From an uncultured virus (IMG/VR IMGVR_UViG_3300042914_003341) (Duplodnaviria; Heunggongvirae; Uroviricota; Caudoviricetes), in IMG/VR virus record IMGVR_UViG_3300042914_003341: 64,000 nt of DNA; one strand, written 5' to 3'. Within the stretch, counting starts at the first letter, position 1, and every line of letters starts with the position of its first letter. This document shows positions 27,404 through 32,680 of this stretch, in pieces. The translations under genes were made by a program, and so were the position numbers. Under the pieces are notes generated by a model. It was not told the origin of the DNA and did not search any database. It saw only the letters and a program-made list of their open reading frames with translations.

Positions 27404-27458
27404 AAAGAAACCAAGGCAGTTAAGTCAAAGCTAAGGAAGAAGAAGAAAGAGATTGCTG

Positions 27459-27722
27459 TCAGAAAGTTCTCGTGACACATCCTCGCATGAACCCACAGCA
27501 GGCGTTCATCCGCACCTGACGACCGGCAGGGTTTGTTGCAGCGATGGTAAACTCCGTGTCATACCCCTTCCCGCAGAGATGAACGTAAGAAGTATCAACA
27601 ACCCTGACGTTGGAGAACCCCATGTCCTGGAAATGCTGAACTGCTGTGTCCTGGCTTGAGCAGGCAGTGGTAGCAGTTGAAGACAGAACCAGGAGCGCAA
27701 GAAGGCGTAGAGAGTTTCGCAT
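27459..27722 (-). CDS. small lipoprotein
   Basis: MRNSLRLLALLVLSSTATTA-C signal peptide and lipobox; Cys-rich C-terminus. Confidence 0.75.
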   Translation of the reverse strand: MRNSLRLLALLVLSSTATTACSSQDTAVQHFQDMGFSNVRVVDTSYVHLCGKGYDTEFTIAATNPAGRQVRMNACCGFMRGCVTRTF

Positions 27723-27760
27723 CGCTTTATATACCTTTCGTGAATGTTGTTGACCGACAG

Positions 27761-27846
27761 TAGGGCTGGAGGGATTTGCACCCCCAGTTGCGGTTTTGCC
27801 GCGTCCGATTTTGAGCCGGAAGTGTCTGCTGTTCCACCACAACCCC
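27761..27846 (-). tRNA. tRNA-Leu(CAA)
   Basis: Loop CTCAAAA, long variable arm. Confidence 0.88.
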
Positions 27847-27861
27847 AAACTTAACCAAACA

Positions 27862-28024
27862 TGGAGCGTGCCGCAGGAGTTGAACCCGCACAGGGAGGCC
27901 ACCCCTGTCTCTTGCCAGTGTTTCGATGGGCGAAACACCTCTGACCATCTTTGACTGAGAGAGTCATAGCTCTTTGGAGGGCGACTCCAGCTATTGGTAC
28001 TTCTCAGTCAGCAAGATAGCACGC
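27862..28024 (-). ncRNA. giant tRNA-like RNA (Gly-type acceptor, about 70-nt D arm)
   Basis: GCGTGCT/GGCACGC-T-CCA, T arm GCGGG-TTCAACT-CCTGC, long hairpin TGACTGAGA/TCTCAGTCA. Confidence 0.75.
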
Positions 28025-28060
28025 ATATTTTCTATCTCACGTTGCCTTGGAGACACTCAG

Positions 28061-28089
28061 ACTCTAGCACGAGGCTTCAAGGCTGTCAA
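28061..28089 (-). promoter_or_regulatory. sigma70-type promoter (RNA island)
   Basis: TTGACA-17-TAGAGT with extended TG. Confidence 0.7.
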
Positions 28090-28097
28090 GTGCAACG

Positions 28098-28352
28098 TCA
28101 AAGCTCTGAGTTCGCTGGCGCAATAATATCGCACAACTCGGTCAGGAACATGAGACGCTGCGGCCAATCATGGCTTGGCTCAGAAAACGAAGGATAAACT
28201 CTTTTAAGGAGGTGTGCATTGTGGCGGTCGGCGCTGCCAAAGCAATAATCAATCATGTCGGAAAGAAATGTCTCATTCAAAGGTATGGACGCCGCACCAA
28301 TTCGCTGGCCCAATTTCATGATCGAATCTTGACGTGCAGTGATGCAATCCAT
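28098..28352 (-). CDS. small protein, ELAD-motif family
   Basis: FLTELCDII; AGGAG upstream. Confidence 0.65.
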   Translation of the reverse strand: MDCITARQDSIMKLGQRIGAASIPLNETFLSDMIDYCFGSADRHNAHLLKRVYPSFSEPSHDWPQRLMFLTELCDIIAPANSEL

Positions 28353-28390
28353 TTGATTCTCCTTCTATATGATTGTTAGGTCATCAACAG

Positions 28391-28490
28391 TGGGTCGCCT
28401 AGGAATTGAACCTAGTTGCCTTCGACGGGCGGTGCGTTTCCAAGAAACTTCGTTTTGCAGCGCACTGTTCAGCCATTGAACCTCCGACCC
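28391..28490 (-). ncRNA. tRNA-like RNA with 24-nt anticodon loop (begins CT-GCA-A) and long variable arm
   Basis: GTGCG/CGCAC stem, D arm GTTCA/TGAAC, T arm CTAGG-TTCAATT-CCTAG. Confidence 0.7.
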
Positions 28491-28509
28491 CAAACAAGAA
28501 GAAACATAG

Positions 28510-28581
28510 TGGAGAATAGCGGTTATGCTCCGCTCATCCCTGTGTGCAAGACAGGAGTTTTCCTGAATAAACTAATTCCCC
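28510..28581 (-). tRNA. tRNA-Ala(TGC)
   Basis: G3:U70, loop CTTGCAC, atypical T-loop AGCATAA. Confidence 0.8.
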
Positions 28582-28625
28582 AAACACAAACTACAAGGCA
28601 TGAAGGTTCTGCGGCAAAAACAAGT

Positions 28626-28736
28626 TGGCTGCACCGCTGAGATTTATCTTCTATTCCCCCAGATCTGCCGGTTGACCCCCGGTTATCTTACTACGTCATC
28701 GAGATGGTCGCGAGTTGATGTTTAGACGACAGTGCT
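28626..28736 (-). ncRNA. degenerate Asp-like tRNA-like RNA with enlarged D and T loops
   Basis: GCACTG/CGGTGC, G73-CCA, CCGG-GGGTCAA-CCGG. Confidence 0.5.
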
Positions 28737-28738
28737 AG

Positions 28739-28810
28739 CGCCTCCAGGGAGAATTGAACTCCCGTCTGGTGATCGACAATCACCGGTCCTATCCACTGAA
28801 CGATAGAGGC
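28739..28810 (-). tRNA. tRNA-Asp(GTC)
   Basis: Loop TTGTCGA, G73. Confidence 0.88.
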
Positions 28811-28831
28811 TAAGAAACAATAAGGCAAAGT

Positions 28832-28919
28832 TGGGAGTTTGCGAGGAATCGAACCTCTTGAGGTAGCTAACCACACCCGGTGTGCCCGAGCCGCAGATAT
28901 CCTTTCTGCCAACAAACTC
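28832..28919 (-). ncRNA. atypical tRNA-like RNA (8-bp acceptor, 4-bp T stem)
   Basis: GAGTTTGT/GCAAACTC-CCA, GAGG-TTCGATT-CCTC, 5-bp D stem; anticodon ambiguous. Confidence 0.65.
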
Positions 28920-28932
28920 ATGATATCATCAG

Positions 28933-29005
28933 CACCGCTACTAGGAATCGAACCTAGATGCAACTGTTTAGAAGACAGAGCCCTTATCCATTAGGGGATA
29001 GCGGC
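28933..29005 (-). tRNA. tRNA-Arg(TCT)
   Basis: Loop CTTCTAA. Confidence 0.88.
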
Positions 29006-29018
29006 AAAACAACAAGGG

Positions 29019-29085
29019 GCAGCGACAACATTGGTACGTCCAGGGGTTTACAGTTAAAGATGTATCCTAGACATTCATTCGCTGC
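29019..29085 (-). ncRNA. Y RNA-like stem-loop 1
   Basis: GCAGCGAATG...TACATC...TTGTCGCTGC. Confidence 0.7.
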
Positions 29086-29106
29086 ATGAAAAAGGAGAGG
29101 CTTGTT

Positions 29107-29182
29107 TGGTTGGCACACCTGGAATTGAACCAGGGACAACCAGCTTATCAAGCTGGGATTCTAACCGCTGAACTATGTGCCA
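29107..29182 (-). tRNA. tRNA-Ile(GAT)
   Basis: Loop TTGATAA, CCA encoded. Confidence 0.92.
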
Positions 29183-29192
29183 GTAAGAAGGC

Positions 29193-29268
29193 TATGACGA
29201 CAACGCAAGGCATTTCCTGTAGAGCGTGCATATTTTCAAGATGTATTCTACAAGGATCATTCGTCATA
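29193..29268 (-). ncRNA. Y RNA-like stem-loop 2
   Basis: TATGACGAATG...TACATC...TTGTCGTCATA. Confidence 0.75.
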
Positions 29269-29275
29269 CAGAAAC

Positions 29276-29366
29276 TATAGAGACAAAAGTTAGGTCTGGT
29301 GGGTTGGGATCGGGTTTATTAGACCCGATTTTTAGTCAATGTAACCAGATTCCTGCATTCTCTATG
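29276..29366 (-). ncRNA. Y RNA-like stem-loop 3
   Basis: ATAGAGAATG...TACATT...TTGTCTCTAT. Confidence 0.6.
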
Positions 29367-29369
29367 TGA

Positions 29370-29444
29370 GGCTCCACCCGTAGGATTCGAACCTACATTC
29401 CAAATGTTAACAGCATTTTTTTCTACCGGTTGAAATAGAGTGGA
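29370..29444 (-). tRNA. tRNA-Asn(GTT)
   Basis: Loop CTGTTAA, G73. Confidence 0.88.
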
Positions 29445-29449
29445 AAACT

Positions 29450-29514
29450 GTGACGACAAACAAGTTCTATAGAAGCTTACAATTTCGAATGTATTCTACA
29501 GATTCATTCGTCAC
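29450..29514 (-). ncRNA. Y RNA-like stem-loop 4
   Basis: GTGACGAATG...TACATT...TTGTCGTCAC. Confidence 0.75.
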
Positions 29515-29568
29515 GTGATACTTGATGAGATGCTCTTCTTCTTTTCTTCTTCGCTCCTGACACCTTAG

Positions 29569-29597
29569 AGACTATCAGAGGCTGGGAAGGTTGTCAA
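29569..29597 (-). promoter_or_regulatory. sigma70-type promoter (RNA island)
   Basis: TTGACA-17-TAGTCT, one mismatch from the Ro60 promoter. Confidence 0.75.
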
Positions 29598-29615
29598 GTG
29601 CAGCGTCAAGGCAGT

Positions 29616-29708
29616 TGGCAGAAGGTGCAGGATTTGAACCTGCGGGGGCATGATTAGTGCCCCGGAAGTTTAGCAAACTTCTGTGTTAGACCACTCCACC
29701 AACCTTCT
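29616..29708 (-). tRNA. tRNA-Ser(GCT)
   Basis: Loop TTGCTAA, long variable arm, G73-CCA. Confidence 0.92.
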
Positions 29709-29720
29709 ATGAAGGAAACT

Positions 29721-29798
29721 TGCGGCGACAACTAGAAGGCAACCATGGTGTTGTTTATTCTGTATGATGGATGTAAACACCTTGGTACATTCGCCGCG
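29721..29798 (-). ncRNA. Y RNA-like stem-loop 5
   Basis: GCGGCGAATG...TACATC...TTGTCGCCGC. Confidence 0.75.
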
Positions 29799-29831
29799 AA
29801 AACCTAAATCACATTCAAACTATTATCTTAG

Positions 29832-29929
29832 CCCCAGAGCCTAGGTTCGAACTAGGATTGTCTGGCTTCATGCCAGTCGTAATACCTCACAGCTTTCGCC
29901 TTGTGTTGCACTGTTTATACTACCCCAGG
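29832..29929 (-). ncRNA. tRNA-like RNA with hairpin inserted in D loop
   Basis: T arm CCTAG-TTCGAAC-CTAGG; anticodon arm CTGGC-ATGAA-GCCAG. Confidence 0.65.
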
Positions 29930-29938
29930 AAATTAGTT

Positions 29939-30017
29939 CCAGCAACCCAATCGGAATGCCACCGATGTCTCGCATGATTTTGCGCGTCCTTAAGCTCCCT
30001 AGACGATGGTTTGCTGG
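29939..30017 (-). ncRNA. tRNA-like RNA with extended acceptor stem and short anticodon arm
   Basis: CCAGCAA/TTGCTGG; CGCA-AAATCA-TGCG; ATCGG-TGGCATT-CCGAT. Confidence 0.55.
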
Positions 30018-30090
30018 TGGTGTTGCCTCATGGATTTGCACCATGATTCTTACGGATGCCTCCGCGCTTCACTAATCAAAGCTTGACAAC
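30018..30090 (-). ncRNA. tRNA-like RNA with 4-nt anticodon loop
   Basis: GTTGTC/GGCAAC-A-CCA; GCGGA-GGCA-TCCGT; CATGG-TGCAAAT-CCATG. Confidence 0.65.
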
Positions 30091-30107
30091 CTGGCTTGCG
30101 GCCATTG

Positions 30108-30211
30108 TGTACAGTACCAGACTCGAACTGATCTCTCAGGCTTTCATGCCTGTGTTTTTACCATTCAGCTTCGTGCTAGCCCTAGTCACTGAACTTGAAA
30201 ACTAACTGCAC
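30108..30211 (-). ncRNA. tRNA-like RNA with hairpin inserted in D loop (paralogue of 29832..29929)
   Basis: GTGCAGT/ACTGTAC; CAGGC-ATGAAA-GCCTG; ATCAG-TTCGAGT-CTGGT. Confidence 0.7.
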
Positions 30212-30257
30212 AAGTGATGATGATTGGTGCACTGACAAAGGATAGCAACTGATGTTT

Positions 30258-30473
30258 TTATCTCCAAATGATGTAATCAGGTGCTGCATTCAGTGCGTTA
30301 GACTTTGGCAATGTCTGAACCGGTTTGCCATCCGGAGATATGAAACACACTGTGATCAGACTCAGTGATCCCCGACACCACAAACACCCATTGTTTTGGA
30401 TTGGGAAGGCAAGAAGAGAGACAACTAGTTCCGGAACTGATGTTGGTATCTGAAATGATGTAATCAGTTCCAT
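30258..30473 (-). CDS. hypothetical protein
   Basis: 71-aa ORF between RNA genes. Confidence 0.4.
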   Translation of the reverse strand: MELITSFQIPTSVPELVVSLLAFPIQNNGCLWCRGSLSLITVCFISPDGKPVQTLPKSNALNAAPDYIIWR

Positions 30474-30487
30474 TCATTCTCTCTATA

Positions 30488-30564
30488 TGGTGCGTGGAGT
30501 TGGGTTCGAACCAACGACCTTATCCTTAAAAGGGATTTGCTGCTACCAACTGAGCTATCCACGC
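30488..30564 (-). tRNA. tRNA-Lys(TTT)
   Basis: Loop CTTTTAA, CCA encoded. Confidence 0.92.
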
Positions 30565-30624
30565 GGCCCCGGTTTCCTATAACATCATCCCAGCCAGTAT
30601 ACCAGAAACAGCGCTGGGTGACGA

Positions 30625-30701
30625 CACTTTTATCTCATCCTCCCGATTCGAACGGGCTTTATCCGGCTTGCGGCCGAACCTGTGACCAACACAGTAAGTG
30701 C
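30625..30701 (-). ncRNA. tRNA-like or pseudo-tRNA (GCA loop), acceptor stem disrupted
   Basis: CTGTG-TTGGT-CACAG; TTCGG-CCGCAAG-CCGGA; CCCG-TTCGAAT-CGGG. Confidence 0.5.
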
Positions 30702-30728
30702 TAAAGGACTTGAAACTTCGTGCAAGTT

Positions 30729-30823
30729 TGGAGCCGCCTTCTGCTTTCGAAGCAGCATTTCACCCTTGGTCCCCAGTATAGCTAAACTTGGGGGAGTGCG
30801 TTCTACCTTTGAACTACGACGGC
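30729..30823 (-). ncRNA. tRNA-like RNA with elongated anticodon arm
   Basis: GCCGTC/GGCGGC-T-CCA, canonical D arm, CACTC/GGGTG extended by CCCCA/TGGGG. Confidence 0.7.
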
Positions 30824-30877
30824 AATACAGCACACATTCCAGAGGTTGCTTAAACGCAACTTGTATGGTGCTGTTAG

Positions 30878-30948
30878 TCAGGGAACCTAGGCTCGAACTA
30901 GGGACTCACCGATCCAAACGGTGAACGTTACCACTACGCCATTCCCTG
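30878..30948 (-). tRNA. tRNA-Pro(TGG)
   Basis: Loop TTTGGAT, C1-G72, A73. Confidence 0.88.
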
Positions 30949-30997
30949 AAAACTAAGGTAAGATAAGATATTATCGAGGCTTGCGAGGCATGATCAG

Positions 30998-31026
30998 AAT
31001 CTAGCATGAGGCAGAAGGCTTGTCAA
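30998..31026 (-). promoter_or_regulatory. sigma70-type promoter (RNA island)
   Basis: TTGACA-17-TAGATT with extended TG. Confidence 0.7.
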
Positions 31027-31052
31027 GTGGAGCGTCAAGAGGCGGGGTAAGT

Positions 31053-31155
31053 GATGATTGTTTCGGTGAGATTTGCACTCACAACACAGGCTTTCGCTCT
31101 AGGGATGGTGGCACCAACTTGCCTTCTCTGTTTGGACTTGCGAAACACAATCATC
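31053..31155 (-). ncRNA. structured RNA with T arm and long terminal stem
   Basis: GATGAT..TGTTTCG/CGAAACA-ATCATC; GTGAG-TGCAAAT-CTCAC. Confidence 0.55.
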
Positions 31156-31157
31156 GG

Positions 31158-31298
31158 TGGGATCAGAAGGAGTTGCACCTTCATCTGTGATTTGCGTTTT
31201 ACCGTTAAACTATCCTAAAACCACCATGACAGTAGGTACTAGGAGGCGTTTCGAAACGCCAACTCGGTTGCACACTCTACTAGTTGAGTTATGATCCC
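31158..31298 (-). ncRNA. double-bodied tRNA-like RNA (permuted T-acceptor-D module in place of the anticodon loop)
   Basis: Outer GGGATCA/TGATCCC with D and T arms; inner GGCGT-TTCGAA-ACGCC, TCCTA/TAGGA, GTTT-AACGGTA-AAAC. Confidence 0.7.
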
Positions 31299-31488
31299 TA
31301 ATGCCTTCTGCCTAATAAGCAGAAGGGCTTTTCTCCAGGCAACTACCATAGAATGGTCCATGGGCTGTCCGGAATTGTTTTTTTGATCAGTTCTGATATG
31401 CCAGCCAATTCATCGGATCAAGCATACCACCCAACCGATCACGGGGAACACACGCAAAGGATTTTGTTAAACCATGCATTGTGTGTTC

Positions 31489-31564
31489 GGTAGCCCTGGT
31501 GAGAATTGAACTCGACATCGACGGAGTGAAGGTCCATCATCCTAAGCCATTAGAAGACAGGGCC
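31489..31564 (-). tRNA. tRNA-Glu(TTC)
   Basis: Loop CCTTCAC (C33), bulged T stem. Confidence 0.8.
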
Positions 31565-31622
31565 GAACAAGAAACAACATGTTGTCAGAGAACAGTCAGA
31601 AGAACTAAGTCTTCTTTGTGCT

Positions 31623-31697
31623 TGGTCGCGGCATCGGGAATCGCACCCGAAACTAGAGGGTATGAACCTCTCGTGATAACTGTTTCACTATACCGCA
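31623..31697 (-). tRNA. tRNA-Met(CAT), possibly initiator-like
   Basis: Loop TTCATAC, U1:G72, CCA encoded. Confidence 0.85.
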
Positions 31698-31837
31698 ATC
31701 TAGAAGGCTGTAACAAAATAAGTATGTGAGTCCTATGATAATTCCGTCACACTTCGATGTCTAACGTTACTGTTTGTTTCCAAGGCTATTACAAGATAGG
31801 CTTGATAGCTCTTGTGTTGCTCTGCGGCGATGAGGTA

Positions 31838-31866
31838 GTTGTATCAGGTGCTGGGGAGGTTGTCAA
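31838..31866 (-). promoter_or_regulatory. sigma70-type promoter heading the RNA island
   Basis: TTGACA-17-TACAAC; downstream sequence shared with 4869-4893. Confidence 0.7.
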
Positions 31867-32299
31867 GTGGTGGTGTTGGTAGCTTGTTCTCAAGGGTTTC
31901 GCGGCGATCCTTTTCAACCTTGGTTGTGTTAATGGGAATGAAGACAATCACTCCATCAAACTGAACGTTCTTGAACTTTGCTCCAATGAAACCGTTTGAG
32001 ATCACCAGGGAGAACAGTTTGTCCATGTCAATGAAGGTGCCGCGATCTGCTTGGACCTTAAGCTTGAGAGGATCTGAAACGAGGTCATAGATCTTAGAAT
32101 CATCCACTGTTGCAGAGAACAGATCCTTGGAGTTGTCGAACCAAACCTCACGTTGCTGGGGATTGAGATAGAAGAAGGTGCGTGGAGTCCCTGCCGCATT
32201 CTTCTCTCGCTTGGAGAATGGGTTTGCGCCAAAATACTTGACGCAGTCGAGCAGGAGCTCGGTTGCATCTGTCTTGTTGGTGTAGTGGAACAGCTCCAT
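31844..32299 (-). CDS. hypothetical protein, possible ART-like fold
   Basis: N-terminal LFHYT and PRTFFY strands. Confidence 0.5.
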   Translation of the reverse strand: MELFHYTNKTDATELLLDCVKYFGANPFSKREKNAAGTPRTFFYLNPQQREVWFDNSKDLFSATVDDSKIYDLVSDPLKLKVQADRGTFIDMDKLFSLVISNGFIGAKFKNVQFDGVIVFIPINTTKVEKDRRETLENKLPTPPLDNLPST

Positions 32300-32308
32300 A
32301 GTGAGGAG

Positions 32309-32337
32309 ATGATAACAGCTTTGTGGTTAGCTGTCAA
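32309..32337 (-). promoter_or_regulatory. sigma70-type promoter, near-leaderless
   Basis: TTGACA-17-TATCAT with extended TG. Confidence 0.7.
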
Positions 32338-32680
32338 GGGAGTGTGCGGCTGGGATCAGCATGTTTGTTGGTGCTGTTCTAGGCATACGCACTAGTTTGT
32401 AATATCTTTTCTTAGAGACGTGCTTGGTGCCATCTTTGTCTTCTGTCGTTGTTTTGATTCGTTTAAGTAAACTTAGCTGGAACACGTCTGGGGTTGTTGA
32501 GTTCTTTTCACTATCAATCCGGATTGCATCGACAACCCAGCCGAGAATATGATGGCCATTAATCTTCCTAGGTGTTGACTTGATGAACCAAACAATGCTT
32601 TGGCGCCCCAGATTGATGATCATATCTCCAGGCAGAATGTTTAGACTCTCCGGAAATACTTCTTTGTTGGATCTGTTCAT
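32327..32680 (-). CDS. hypothetical protein
   Basis: ATGA-coupled ORF. Confidence 0.6.
   Translation of the reverse strand: MNRSNKEVFPESLNILPGDMIINLGRQSIVWFIKSTPRKINGHHILGWVVDAIRIDSEKNSTTPDVFQLSLLKRIKTTTEDKDGTKHVSKKRYYKLVRMPRTAPTNMLIPAAHSLDS

Noticed and set aside
45..28352. Diversity-generating retroelement or integron cassette array behind the small-ORF family
   Set aside because: No reverse transcriptase, template/variable repeat pair, integrase or attC-like intergenic repeats were seen, and the genes abut directly.
29019..29798. CRISPR array or terminators as explanation of the repeated stem-loops
   Set aside because: No identical regularly spaced repeats and no cas genes. The stems covary, enclose conserved internal motifs and lack U-tracts.
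26866..31729. ORFs overlapping the RNA island (e.g. 26866..27168, 27168..27401, 28691..28963, 30630..30833, 5' part of 27459..27938)
   Set aside because: They run through tRNA or tRNA-like genes, and GC-rich stems explain the open frames.
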